This document shows, piece after piece, positions 19,145 to 28,241 of a stretch of 61,427 nt of DNA. Position numbers and translations under genes: made by a program. Positions within the stretch are counted from its first letter, which is position 1. Each line of letters begins with the position of its first letter. The notes under the pieces were generated by a model, which searched no databases, was not told the origin of the DNA, and saw only the letters and a list, made by a program, of their open reading frames with translations. This stretch comes from Terriglobales bacterium (GTDB lineage: Bacteria; Acidobacteriota; Terriglobia; Terriglobales; Acidobacteriaceae), in contig JAMXLI010000006.1 of assembly GCA_024281115.1 (NCBI GenBank), forward strand, positions 1 to 61,427, in the 5' to 3' direction.

Positions 19145-21505
19145 CTATTTCGTTTTCATCACGAAGACGCCGTCCCAGCCCTCAGCCGGCGACGCTTGCA
19201 TCAGTTCTCGGCTGCGCTGCAGGAAGACCCGGGTGGGCCCATCGGAGGGATATTGTTGGAGGAGCCGCTCGAACATCTCCGCGGCTTGTGCCCAGCTCTG
19301 CTCGCGGTAGGCCGCCAGGGCAGCAGCAAAGTCATTCAGCAGCGGGGCGCATTCCGGGTGGCGCGAGGCGGGCCCGAGCAGTTCATAAATGTTGACGGCC
19401 TGGTTCTTGCCCTTGACGCGGATCCGGTCGAGTTGGCGGCACACGTAATCGTTGCTCACCGCCAGGTAAGTGGCCTCGCTGATCAAAATGCGCACGCCGT
19501 ATTCCTTGGTCAGTCCCTCGAGCCGCGAAGCCAGATTGACGTTGTCGCCCATCACCGTCCAGGAGAAGCGCCGCTCCGATCCCATATTGCCCACGTTCAC
19601 CGGGCCGGTGTTGATGCCGATCCCCACCTGCATGGGTTTGCGGCCGTCGGCCGTCCAGCGCGAGTTCAGGTAAGCAAGATCGTCCTGCATCTGCAGGGCG
19701 CATTTGCAGGCGTTGGCGGCGTGCTCGGGTTGGGGGTACGGAGAGCCCCAAAATGCCATGATGGCGTCGCCGATGTATTTATCGAGCGTGCCCTGGTTGG
19801 CGAAGAGGATGTCGGTCATCGTGCCCAGGTACTCATTCAACCAGTGGACGAGTTCGTCGGGCGCCAGGCCCTCCGAGAGCGTGGTGAAGTTGCGGATATC
19901 GGTGAACATCACCGTGAGTTCTTTGGTCTCGCCGCCCGGCCGGAAGTATTTGCCCGGCTCCTTTTCCATGAGCGTGATCACGCCCGGCGAAAGGTACTGG
20001 GCGAAGGTCTTGCGGATGCGCCGCTTCTCGCCTTCCTCAAAGATCATGCGAAAACTGGTGATGGAGGCGTAGGTGGCTACCAGCGTGAGCGAGGGAATCA
20101 CGAAGCTGAGCCAACGCCCGTACTGCGCGAAAGCTAGGTAGACCAGCAGGGAGAACGCCGCCAGGGCGCCCATGGCCGACAGGGTAGAGACCAGCGGCTT
20201 GGTGCGGCCAAACCAGGAGCCAAAGCCCAGGCCGAAAATCACGATCACCGCGATGTCGATCATCTCCTCGTTGAAGCCACGCGCCAGGAAGCCGCGTCCC
20301 CGGTCTTCCAGGTGAAGCAAGTTGTCGAGAATGTTGGCGTGGACCTCCACTCCCATGTAGCCGGTGTCCTGCTTCTGCAGGGGGGTACTGCGCAGATCGC
20401 CAATGCCCAGCGCCGTTCCCCCCACCAGCACAATCTTGTCGCGAAAGGTGCCGGGGGCCACCGCGCCGGAGACGACGTCGTACATCGAGTAGTGGGTATA
20501 GGTGCGATACGGCCCGGTGTAGTTGATGAGAGCGGTGCCGTCATGTCCGGTCGCGATAACGTGATGGCCGAGTTGCAGGCGTTCCAGGCCGTTCTCCGAC
20601 ACGTAGGCGGCCATGTCCTGGTCGGGAATGTTCTCGTACACGCGCAGGATCTGCACGGCCAGGGAAGGGAAGAAGTCCTGGTCCCGGTAGCGCATCACCA
20701 GCACGGCGCGGCGCAGGGTTCCGTCGGCGTCAGGGTTGTTGTTGAAATATCCGAAGGAGCGCGCTGCCTGGGCCAGGGGCGGGATGTTGGCTTCCACGCC
20801 ATACGCCACCAGGCCCTGATTGTTGCGCCAGGCGGCATCCAGGTCGAAGTCGCGGCCCCGCGCCTTCACTTTCAGCACCTGCGGGAAGGCGTGCGCCCAC
20901 ACTACGTTGTAGTACTCCTCGGCCAGCTTCGGATCGGATGCTTGCGCGCGGTCGCGGTCGAGGAACAGGTGGCCGAGCACCACATTCCCGCTGCTCTTGA
21001 CCGCCTCGGCAAACTGAGCGTCCTGGTCGGCTTGAGCTTCGAGCCCCTGAATCTTCATTTCCAGCGACGGCAGCGGTTTAGCCAGGGGGCGCAGATCGCG
21101 CAGCACGGAGAGCGCGGCATTGGATTGCGGGGTGGGAAAGCTCTCGTCAAAAGCCACCAGGCGGGCGCCGTCCTGGTGCAAGCGCTCGAGCATGCGCGCG
21201 TAGGCGCCGCGCGGCACGGGAAACGAACCCAGTTTCTGCAACGTGCCCTCGTCAATGCCCACGATGACAATGCGCTCATCGTGGGGGCGCGCGCCGCGCA
21301 GCGCAAAGCGCAGGTCCAGGGAGCGCAGCTCGATGTTCTGCAAGAAGGAGAAGCCCGCGCGCGCGTTGCCGCCGATGTTGACGTAGGAAAACAGCACCAG
21401 GCCGGCGGCGGTGGCAAGCAGCGCCAGCGCCAGGTCGGCATAGTGTGCCGGGGCGTGCCGCCACCAGGCGCGCCAGCGGGAGCGGGACTTGGCCTCTGAT
21501 TTCAT
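19145..21505 (-). CDS. CHASE2-sensor class III adenylate/guanylate cyclase
   Basis: N-terminal TM helix, periplasmic CHASE2-like region, three TM helices, then a cyclase domain (LTVMFTDIRNFTTLSE, GDAIMAFWG, MGDNVNLASRLE) and a TPR-like tail. An in-frame GTG at 21568 is an alternative start. Confidence 0.9.
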   Translation of the reverse strand: MKSEAKSRSRWRAWWRHAPAHYADLALALLATAAGLVLFSYVNIGGNARAGFSFLQNIELRSLDLRFALRGARPHDERIVIVGIDEGTLQKLGSFPVPRGAYARMLERLHQDGARLVAFDESFPTPQSNAALSVLRDLRPLAKPLPSLEMKIQGLEAQADQDAQFAEAVKSSGNVVLGHLFLDRDRAQASDPKLAEEYYNVVWAHAFPQVLKVKARGRDFDLDAAWRNNQGLVAYGVEANIPPLAQAARSFGYFNNNPDADGTLRRAVLVMRYRDQDFFPSLAVQILRVYENIPDQDMAAYVSENGLERLQLGHHVIATGHDGTALINYTGPYRTYTHYSMYDVVSGAVAPGTFRDKIVLVGGTALGIGDLRSTPLQKQDTGYMGVEVHANILDNLLHLEDRGRGFLARGFNEEMIDIAVIVIFGLGFGSWFGRTKPLVSTLSAMGALAAFSLLVYLAFAQYGRWLSFVIPSLTLVATYASITSFRMIFEEGEKRRIRKTFAQYLSPGVITLMEKEPGKYFRPGGETKELTVMFTDIRNFTTLSEGLAPDELVHWLNEYLGTMTDILFANQGTLDKYIGDAIMAFWGSPYPQPEHAANACKCALQMQDDLAYLNSRWTADGRKPMQVGIGINTGPVNVGNMGSERRFSWTVMGDNVNLASRLEGLTKEYGVRILISEATYLAVSNDYVCRQLDRIRVKGKNQAVNIYELLGPASRHPECAPLLNDFAAALAAYREQSWAQAAEMFERLLQQYPSDGPTRVFLQRSRELMQASPAEGWDGVFVMKTK

Positions 21506-21545
21506 CGGCGATGAGCGACCGAGCGCCGCAGCGGACGGGCCAGCG

Positions 21546-22424
21546 TCACGGCAAGCGCGGCGCTCCACATTGGGTGGGCGGGCACCGCGTCGGCGGCTGC
21601 GGTATGAAGATCGGGCCGATGAACCGCGGCGTGCCGTTCTGAGTGGTGCTGCCCACCACCGCTCCGCTCACCGCGCCTACCACCGCGATGCCGACCAGGG
21701 TGTGCAGCAGTGCATGCGACCCGGCCACCACACCCGCCGCCTCGCCGCCGATATTGGTGGCCGACATGCTCGCCTGCTGCACCCCGCGGGGTGTGGGCTG
21801 AACCGCCGCCGCAACCTCCGGCCCGACGTCCACCATCTGGCCGGCGCTAACGGTAAGCGTATTCGAAGCCGGTGAAGTGGCTGCGGTCCCTTGCGTGCCC
21901 GCCGTATTGCCGACGTTCTGCTGGTTCAGAACGCGCGACGCGCCCAGCGGGGTGACGCTCACCGTCCCGGTGTAGCAGATGACGCGCGTGCGGTCCGGCA
22001 TCACGTCCACGTAGAAATCGGTGCCGATCACGCCGATCACCGCATGGGGTGTGCGCACTTCGTATTTGCCGCCCGGCTGGGTGATCTTGACCACCTGGCT
22101 GCGAAGTTTGCCGAACCCGAGCTCCAGGGACGTCTGCTGCGACTTGTTGTCGTGCTGCACCACGCGCAGCTGGCTGTTGGAACCCACGCTCAGCATGGAA
22201 CCGTCGAGGAGGCCGACCCGCATGCGGCCGGCGTTCTCCGTTTTCAGCAAGTCGTTCCAGTCCACTTCCTCCTTCACCTTGGCGAGCCGGTCGTTGCGGG
22301 ACCCTTGCGGGATCAGCGCGTTGATCTGCCCCGCCTGCTGGGATGACCCGGACTGCGCCAGCAGGGAAGGCAAGGGAGAAAGCATCAGGGCAAGAACGAG
22401 AGACAGCAGACGCCTCAGGAACAT
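21546..22424 (-). CDS. FecR-domain secreted/anchored protein
   Basis: Signal peptide MFLRRLLSLVLALMLSPLPSLLA. FecR-like beta region (RMRVGLLDGSMLSVGSNSQLRVV...YEVRTPHAVIGVIGTDFYV). Gly/Ala-rich hydrophobic C-terminus. It lies directly upstream of the cyclase. Confidence 0.8.
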   Translation of the reverse strand: MFLRRLLSLVLALMLSPLPSLLAQSGSSQQAGQINALIPQGSRNDRLAKVKEEVDWNDLLKTENAGRMRVGLLDGSMLSVGSNSQLRVVQHDNKSQQTSLELGFGKLRSQVVKITQPGGKYEVRTPHAVIGVIGTDFYVDVMPDRTRVICYTGTVSVTPLGASRVLNQQNVGNTAGTQGTAATSPASNTLTVSAGQMVDVGPEVAAAVQPTPRGVQQASMSATNIGGEAAGVVAGSHALLHTLVGIAVVGAVSGAVVGSTTQNGTPRFIGPIFIPQPPTRCPPTQCGAPRLP

Positions 22425-22660
22425 GGTTCTCCTCGCATGCATGCAGGTGAGTGTCACGATTTTGTGGGGGATCGGGCGGAAAAGCAATTGTCCGCCAGGG
22501 CTCGTCCGGACGCGGCTTGACCAGCAGGGTGCTTGCGTGCTGCCGCCTGCGCGCCGCACCACCCGATGCACTAGACAGTCCTGCTGCCTCGCATAGACTG
22601 GTCGCAAGTTGATGCCGTCGCGACGCGGATGGGCGGTCGCGCAGCGAACCGGGAGGTGCG

Positions 22661-22855
22661 ATGTCAGTTAAAAAGGTGGTTCTCTACTTCGATCGGCAGG
22701 AAGATGCCCTGCACTTCACGCTCGCGGCCGGTTCCATGCTGGCAGCCGACCTGGCCTCCATCGGGCTGGAACAGCGGACCAGCGTGATCCAGGAAATGGG
22801 CCGCGCGTCGCGCATCAACTTTCACACCGAGGACGAGCCGGAACTAGTCGGATAA
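22661..22855 (+). CDS. Hypothetical small protein
   Basis: 64-aa ORF with GGGAGG upstream and no recognisable motif. Confidence 0.35.
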   Translation: MSVKKVVLYFDRQEDALHFTLAAGSMLAADLASIGLEQRTSVIQEMGRASRINFHTEDEPELVG

Positions 22856-22952
22856 GCTTCCGGCGCAGCCGCGTGGGCGTCGCACATCTACGCGCAGGTC
22901 CGCTCCTTGCTCGTTGCTGACAGCCACTCTCCCCGGCCGCTACCATGGCGGA

Positions 22953-23327
22953 ATGCACGATACGGGCAGCTCTCCTTTTTCTGCGCTGCGCGGGCACAAA
23001 TACCTCAGCCTGGCCAGCTTCCGCCGCAACGGCCAACCCGTCGATACCCCGGTATGGTTCGCGGAAGCGGACGGCAGGGTATACATCATGACGCGCAACG
23101 ATTCGGGGAAATACAAGCGCATCCGCAACAACCCGCGCGTGCGCGTCGCTCCCTGCACCATGCGCGGGCGGCGGCTGGGTCCGGAAGCGGAGGCGCGCGC
23201 CCGGGTGCTCGAGCGCGCGGATTTTGGGCGCGCCCGTGACCTTCTGGCGCGCAAGTACTGGCTGATGCAGCTTCCCTTCTTGTGGAGCCGGCACAACGTG
23301 TTTCTGGAACTGACGGCGGGCGGCTAG
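22953..23327 (+). CDS. PPOX-class (pyridoxamine 5'-phosphate oxidase-like) probable F420/FMN-binding protein
   Basis: YLSLASFRRNGQPVDTPVWFAEADGRVYIMTRNDSGKYKRIRNNPRVRVAPC is typical of the PPOX split-barrel family. ATG at 22953; an in-frame TTG at 22914 is also possible. Confidence 0.75.
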   Translation: MHDTGSSPFSALRGHKYLSLASFRRNGQPVDTPVWFAEADGRVYIMTRNDSGKYKRIRNNPRVRVAPCTMRGRRLGPEAEARARVLERADFGRARDLLARKYWLMQLPFLWSRHNVFLELTAGG

Positions 23328-23338
23328 CGGCCGGCAAC

Positions 23339-25627
23339 TCAGACGCCGGTCACCGCCGCCGCTGCCCACGAAGGCGCGTGCTGGTCGGCATCCACCACGG
23401 CGATGGTGGCGATGTGGACGATGTCCTCCACCTCGGCGCCGCGCGGCAGCACGTACACCGGTTTGGACATTCCCATCAGCACCGGCCCTATGGCCTCGGC
23501 GCCACCCGCGCGCATCAGCAGCTTGTAGGCGATGTTGGCCGAGTTCAGGTCGGGGAAGATGAGCACGTTGGCCGCCTGGCGCAGCGTGGAGAAGGGGTAA
23601 TCGCGCTGCACGATCTCCGGCACCAGCGCGGTGTCGGCCATCATTTCACCGTCCACCACCAGGTAGGGATCCACTTGCTTCACCAGCTCGGTGGCGCGCC
23701 GCACCTTCTCGCAACTGGGATGCTTGGTGCTGCCGAAGTTGGAAAACGACAGCATGGCCACCCGCGGCTCGACTTCGAAATTGCGGGCGGCGCGCGCGGC
23801 GCACAGCGCGATCTCCGCCAGGTCCTCCGCCGAGGGATCGATGTTCACGCTGCAATCGGCCAGGAACAGCAGGTCGCCGGTGCGGGTGATGAGAACGTAG
23901 AGGCCGGACACGCGGTGCGTGCCATCCTGGGTCTTGATGACTTCGAGCGCGGGGCGGATGGTGTCGGGATAATGCTGCGTAATGCCCGAGACTAGCGCCT
24001 CCGCGTCCCCCAGGTGCACCATCAGCGAACCGAAGTAGTTGGGATTGGCAATCAGTTGGTTGGCTTCCGCGAGGGTGACCCCGCGGCGTTGACGCAGGCG
24101 GAACAGTTCGCGAGCATACGCCTCGCGTTGGGGCGAGACGCCCGGGTCCACGATTTCCACGCCGCTAAGCGATAGCCCGAGTTCCTGGGCAAGAGCGCAG
24201 ATGGCACTCTCCTTGCCCAGCAGGACAGGCCGCGCAACCTGCTCCTCCACCAGCCGATGGGAGGCGCGCAGCACCTTTTCGTGCTGCCCCTCGGGGAAAA
24301 CCACGCGTTTGGGCGAAGCTTGCGCCTTGTGGATCATCATGCGCACGATCTCGCGCGCCTTGCCCAGCCGCGATTCCAGGCTTTCGCGGTACTGAACGAT
24401 CTCGACCGGCTCCTGCGCCACACCGCTTTCCATGGCGGCGCGCGCCACGGCCGACGCCTCCCACACCAGGACGCGCGCATCGAAGGGCTTGGGAATGATG
24501 TAGTCCGGGCCGAAGCGGAGCCGCGCGACCCCGTAGGCGCGGCACACCGAGTCGGGAACATCTTCTTTCGCCAGCGACGCCAAAGCGCGGGTGGCCGCCA
24601 GCTTCATCTCCGAGTTGATGGCGGTGGCGCGCACGTCGAGCGCCCCGCGAAAGATGAAGGGGAATCCCAGGACATTATTCACCTGGTTGGGATAATCGGA
24701 ACGGCCGGTGGCCATGATGAGATCGGGGCGCGCGCTGCGCGCCTCCTCAAACGCAATCTCCGGGTCCGGGTTTGCCATGGCAAAAACAATGGGCTTGGCC
24801 GCCATCGCCTTAATCATGGCGGGGGTGAAGGCGCCCTTCACCGAGCACCCGACCAGCACGTCGCATCCGCGCACCGCCTCTTCCAGCGTCCGCTGGTCGG
24901 TTGGCCGGGCAAAGCGCGCCTTGTAGGGATTCATGCCGGTGGTGCGGCCCTCGTAGATCACCCCTTGCGTATCCACCAAGGTGATGTTTTCTCGTCGCAC
25001 CCCCAACAGCACGTAATGCTCGGCGCAGGCGATGCCCGAAGCTCCCGCCCCATTGAACACCACCTTCAGCTTGCTGAGGTCCTTGCCCACAATTTCCACG
25101 GCGTTCAGAAGAGCAGCCCCGGAGATGATGGCGGTACCGTGCTGGTCATCATGGAAGACCGGGATCTTCATGGTGCGGCGCAGGGTCTCCTCGATGTAGA
25201 AGCACTCCGGTGCCTTGATGTCTTCCAGGTTGATGCCGCCGAACGTGGGTTCAAGAAGCTGGCAAAGGCGGATGACTTCGTCGGGGTTCTTGCTGTCTAT
25301 CTCGAGGTCGAAGACGTCAATGTCGGCGAACCGCTTGAAGAGCACGCCCTTGCCCTCCATGACGGGCTTGCCGGCGAGCGCCCCGATGTCGCCCAGGCCC
25401 AGCACGGCGGTGCCATTGCTGACCACCGCGACCAGGTTGCCCCGGGCCGTGTACTTGAAGGCATCGTGGGGATTGTCGCGAATTTCCAGGCAGGGCACCG
25501 CCACACCCGGCGTGTAGGCCAGGCTCAGTTCGCGTTGCGTGCGGCAGGGCTTGGTGGGCACAACCGAGATCTTTCCCGGGCGCGAGCCAAAGTGATAATC
25601 GAGGGTTTCCTGCTTGGTAATAGCCAT
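23339..25627 (-). CDS. maeB: NADP-dependent malic enzyme with C-terminal phosphotransacetylase-like domain
   Basis: 762 aa. Malic enzyme N-terminus ([32 protein letters not shown]) plus a PTA-like C-terminal half. Confidence 0.93.
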   Translation of the reverse strand: MAITKQETLDYHFGSRPGKISVVPTKPCRTQRELSLAYTPGVAVPCLEIRDNPHDAFKYTARGNLVAVVSNGTAVLGLGDIGALAGKPVMEGKGVLFKRFADIDVFDLEIDSKNPDEVIRLCQLLEPTFGGINLEDIKAPECFYIEETLRRTMKIPVFHDDQHGTAIISGAALLNAVEIVGKDLSKLKVVFNGAGASGIACAEHYVLLGVRRENITLVDTQGVIYEGRTTGMNPYKARFARPTDQRTLEEAVRGCDVLVGCSVKGAFTPAMIKAMAAKPIVFAMANPDPEIAFEEARSARPDLIMATGRSDYPNQVNNVLGFPFIFRGALDVRATAINSEMKLAATRALASLAKEDVPDSVCRAYGVARLRFGPDYIIPKPFDARVLVWEASAVARAAMESGVAQEPVEIVQYRESLESRLGKAREIVRMMIHKAQASPKRVVFPEGQHEKVLRASHRLVEEQVARPVLLGKESAICALAQELGLSLSGVEIVDPGVSPQREAYARELFRLRQRRGVTLAEANQLIANPNYFGSLMVHLGDAEALVSGITQHYPDTIRPALEVIKTQDGTHRVSGLYVLITRTGDLLFLADCSVNIDPSAEDLAEIALCAARAARNFEVEPRVAMLSFSNFGSTKHPSCEKVRRATELVKQVDPYLVVDGEMMADTALVPEIVQRDYPFSTLRQAANVLIFPDLNSANIAYKLLMRAGGAEAIGPVLMGMSKPVYVLPRGAEVEDIVHIATIAVVDADQHAPSWAAAAVTGV

Positions 25628-25863
25628 GGCGAGTTCCTCTCCGCGCCTGCGGGCGCAGGATGGCGCACCTCCTAGAATTGGCAATTGGTTCGCCAAGGCG
25701 CAAGGACCCAGTAGATGCTGAGAGAGCAGGAGTTACCATTCAGGGAAGGCGTGGAGGCGCTGCGGCGCTGCTGAATATCACGACCTCAAGTGGGGGAAAT
25801 CACCACGGCGGACGTGCCGCGGAGGGCTGTGGCGACTTTCAACAGCGCCCGGACAAGTTCTCT

Positions 25864-25892
25864 TTGACTTGCATTTTCAGCCAGTCTAAGAT
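25864..25892 (+). promoter_or_regulatory. Sigma70-like promoter candidate for small ORF A
   Basis: TTGACT (25864-69), a 17-nt spacer, then TAAGAT (25887-92). It lies 40 nt upstream of the ATG at 25932. Confidence 0.35.
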
Positions 25893-25931
25893 GCAGCCAC
25901 GTTATTTCCCATCAGTGAGGATGCCGTTCTA

Positions 25932-26096
25932 ATGCGTAACGTGTATGAAGTTCTGAGGGATAAAGAAGCCCAACTCCGCCAGGTCCAGGTTGAAGTCGAG
26001 GCGCTGCGCCTTGCTGCACCCCTGTTGGCCGATGAGGCCGACGGCCCGGAACTGGTGACCCGCGGCTCGCACAAGGCCGAAGCGAAAGGGCGCTAA
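25932..26096 (+). CDS. Small ORF A (54 aa), MRNxYExL family, hypothetical
   Basis: MRNVYEVLRDKEAQLRQVQVEVEALRLAAPLLADE.... It is too short for the ORF track. It is a paralogue of 26163..26351, and many differences between the two are synonymous. Confidence 0.6.
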   Translation: MRNVYEVLRDKEAQLRQVQVEVEALRLAAPLLADEADGPELVTRGSHKAEAKGR

Positions 26097-26162
26097 GCAG
26101 CGCCCGGTTACCCGGAAAATCAGAGGCCACTACGGCCCGGGCAGGAGGCGTTCGCAGTGCCT

Positions 26163-26351
26163 TCAGTGGGCGCCGGCGTAGTTGCGCCCGGGCAGGACCA
26201 CCAGGCGTGGCTCGGCCGCGGCGCCGGTCTGAGTGGCCAGGTCCGCATGTTCTCCCAGCAAAGGAGCGACGGCGCGCAGCGCCTCCACCTCTTTGCGGAC
26301 GCGTTGCAGCTGTTTTTCTTTCTCGTAGAGCAGTTCGTAAGCGTTGCGCAT
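26163..26351 (-). CDS. Small ORF B (62 aa), MRNxYExL family, hypothetical
   Basis: MRNAYELLYEKEKQLQRVRKEVEALRAVAPLLGEH.... About 20 of the first 33 residues are identical to ORF A. The frame stays open upstream to 26531 through the PESAWELAP repeats, so the start is uncertain. Confidence 0.6.
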   Translation of the reverse strand: MRNAYELLYEKEKQLQRVRKEVEALRAVAPLLGEHADLATQTGAAAEPRLVVLPGRNYAGAH

Positions 26352-26407
26352 GATAGTGATCGGCGGGCTGCTTGCCAGCCGAGCACGATTCTGGGTCCGC
26401 GACAGCG

Positions 26408-26505
26408 CCGGCGCCAGTTCCCAGGCTGATTCCGGCACCCCCCGCGGCACCGGCGCCAGTTCCCAGGCTGATTCCGGCCCGGCCGGCGGCACCGATTCCG
26501 GCACC
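26408..26505. repeat. 42-nt-period tandem repeat (2 full copies plus a partial third)
   Basis: CCGGCGCCAGTTCCCAGGCTGATTCCGGC occurs identically at 26408-26436 and 26450-26478. GATTCCGGCAC recurs at ~26494. Confidence 0.9.
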
Positions 26506-26729
26506 GCTCTCCGCTTTGTGACGCGTATCACATACCTCGGTGGGGAGGGTCACAGCACACAGCATGGTGAGGGCCGACACTAACCTCGTGTTCATGCGGG
26601 TGGCAGCGCCTTCCAGCAGCAGCCGGGACGTCGGCGGCCCGGAGACGCGCCAGCGGCTTGCAAGGGACACGATCTGCAGCTGGCGACGGGTGGGCTCGCG
26701 CCGCGGCTGCACGTCACACGGAGGTGTGC

Positions 26730-27449
26730 GTGCTCTCACCCTACGGTTTGGATATTGTTGAAAGCTGTCTCACGTGCAAGCTGCGCGCCGATCGCATCTT
26801 CTGCGATTTACCCGCCCCCGCACTGCAGAACCTGGAAAATATCAAGTACGCGGCTGCCTACCCCAAAGGCGCGGTGCTGTTCGTCGAGGGCCAGAGCCCG
26901 CGCGGGATTTTCATGCTGTGCAAGGGCCGGGTGAAGCTGTCGGTATGCTCGACCGACGGCAAAACCCTGATCCTGAAAATTGCCGAGCCGGGAGAGGTGC
27001 TGGGCTTGAGCGCCGCGATCTCCGGCAAGCCTTACGAGTTGACCGCCGAGACGGTGGACCCCTGCCAGGTGAATTTCATTAAACGCGAAGATTTTCTGCG
27101 CTTCCTGAGGGAGCATGCCGAAGCGTGCTTCCGGGTGGCCGAGCAGCTCAGCGAGAAATACAACAATGCCTGCCACGAAGTGCGCGCGCTGGGCCTGTCG
27201 CATTCCGCCGCGGAGAAGCTGGCCCGGCTGCTGCTGGAGTGGAGTTCCAAGAACGGCGAAGCCGCCAAGCAGGAGCCCCGGGTGAAGCTGGCGCTTACCC
27301 ACGAGGAGATCGCGCAGATGATCGGCACCTCACGCGAGACGGTGACGCGGCTGTTCGCCGATTTGAAAAAGCGGCAAGTCATCCAATCCAAGGGCTCCAC
27401 GCTGCTCATCCGGAACAAGGGGGCGCTGAAGTCCATCGCCGGCGCGTAA
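26730..27449 (+). CDS. Crp/Fnr family transcriptional regulator with N-terminal C-x2-C-x8-C motif
   Basis: cNMP-binding beta-roll plus HTH (THEEIAQMIGTSRETVTRLFADLKKRQVI). The N-terminus contains CLTCKLRADRIFC. A GTG at 26730 sits 5 nt after GGAGG; the track ORF begins at 26658. Confidence 0.85.
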   Translation: MLSPYGLDIVESCLTCKLRADRIFCDLPAPALQNLENIKYAAAYPKGAVLFVEGQSPRGIFMLCKGRVKLSVCSTDGKTLILKIAEPGEVLGLSAAISGKPYELTAETVDPCQVNFIKREDFLRFLREHAEACFRVAEQLSEKYNNACHEVRALGLSHSAAEKLARLLLEWSSKNGEAAKQEPRVKLALTHEEIAQMIGTSRETVTRLFADLKKRQVIQSKGSTLLIRNKGALKSIAGA

Positions 27450-27485
27450 AGCTTGCCGCCCCTGTGCGGGGTGTCACGCAAAACC

Positions 27486-27499
27486 GTGACTCGAGTCAC
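27486..27499. promoter_or_regulatory. CRP/FNR-type palindrome GTGA-N6-TCAC (site 1)
   Basis: GTGACTCGAGTCAC is a perfect 14-nt palindrome centred ~40 nt upstream of the ATG at 27533. An extra GTCAC half-site is at 27473-77. Confidence 0.5.
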
Positions 27500-27532
27500 T
27501 GCCGCGTTCCCGCCAGGGGGCTATCAAAGGGC

Positions 27533-28027
27533 ATGGAGCGCGCCACTATGAGCTGCTTCGATTGCTCGCTGCGTCCCGCGCGCACGTTTTGCGACCTGCC
27601 GGCAGATGCCCTGAAAGCCTTCGACTCGATCAAGAGCGCGTCGCTCTACGCTCGCGGCGCGACCTTGTTCCAGGAAGGGCGGCCTGCGCGGGGAGTTTTT
27701 CTGCTGTGCGATGGCCGGGCCAAGCTTACCGTGTGCTCTCCCAGCGGCAAGCGCCTGATTCTTCGCATCGCAGGGCCGGGCGAAATCCTGGGCTTGAGCG
27801 CGGTGCTGACGGGCGAGCCCTACGAGGTGACGGCGGAACTCCTGGAAACTTCCCAGGTAGCCTTCATAAAGCGCAAAGACCTGGTCCGCTTTCTCCGGCA
27901 ATACCGCGATGCCTGCCTGCAGGTCGTGCACGCGCTGAGCGCCGACCTGCACACCGCCTACGATCGGGTGCGCGCGGTCGGGCTGGCGCGCACGCGGCGG
28001 CCGCGAGTCGGCAGCCTGGTCCACTAG
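27533..28027 (+). CDS. Crp/Fnr paralogue truncated after the dimerisation helix: sensor domain only, no HTH
   Basis: 164 aa. It has the same C-x2-C-x8-C motif (CFDCSLRPARTFC) and beta-roll as the upstream gene. It ends at ...RVRAVGLARTRRPRVGSLVH*, where the paralogue continues into its HTH. Confidence 0.7.
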   Translation: MERATMSCFDCSLRPARTFCDLPADALKAFDSIKSASLYARGATLFQEGRPARGVFLLCDGRAKLTVCSPSGKRLILRIAGPGEILGLSAVLTGEPYEVTAELLETSQVAFIKRKDLVRFLRQYRDACLQVVHALSADLHTAYDRVRAVGLARTRRPRVGSLVH

Positions 28028-28134
28028 CGCTGTTGCCATCCGGCGGAGCGCGCTCACGCGGAAAATCGTAAACCGCCTGGCTTCCGCAGCCCCGTTTTGA
28101 AACGCCCACGCGCCGCTGCCGCGCACAAACCCAT

Positions 28135-28150
28135 CGTGATTTGAATCACG
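28135..28150. promoter_or_regulatory. CRP/FNR-type palindrome GTGA-N6-TCAC (site 2)
   Basis: CGTGATTTGAATCACG (14 of 16 positions palindromic), centred ~100 nt upstream of the cytochrome ATG at 28242. Confidence 0.5.
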
Positions 28151-28241
28151 TCCGCAGGTGAGAGGCCGCACTGCGCCCGTCGCAGGCCACCGGCAACAAT
28201 CAATCGTTCAGCAGGTGGCTGTCGGGGAGGGCGGGTTGCCC

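Noticed and set aside
26408-26505. Possible CRISPR array
   Set aside because: There are only about 2.5 copies of a 42-nt period, with 13-nt spacers, and no cas genes. It is a simple tandem duplication.
25912-26739. 275-aa minus-strand ORF, including a signal-peptide-like MNTRLVSALTMLCAVTL start at 26595 and Gly-rich GISLGTGAGA repeats
   Set aside because: It overlaps small ORF B in another frame and is antisense to small ORF A. The synonymous-substitution pattern supports the two small ORFs, not this frame. A short secreted Gly-rich product from 26595 cannot be fully excluded.
27125-27532. N-terminal 136 codons of track ORF 27125..28027
   Set aside because: This part overlaps the first Crp/Fnr gene out of frame. 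The paralogue-matching sequence begins at the ATG at 27533.
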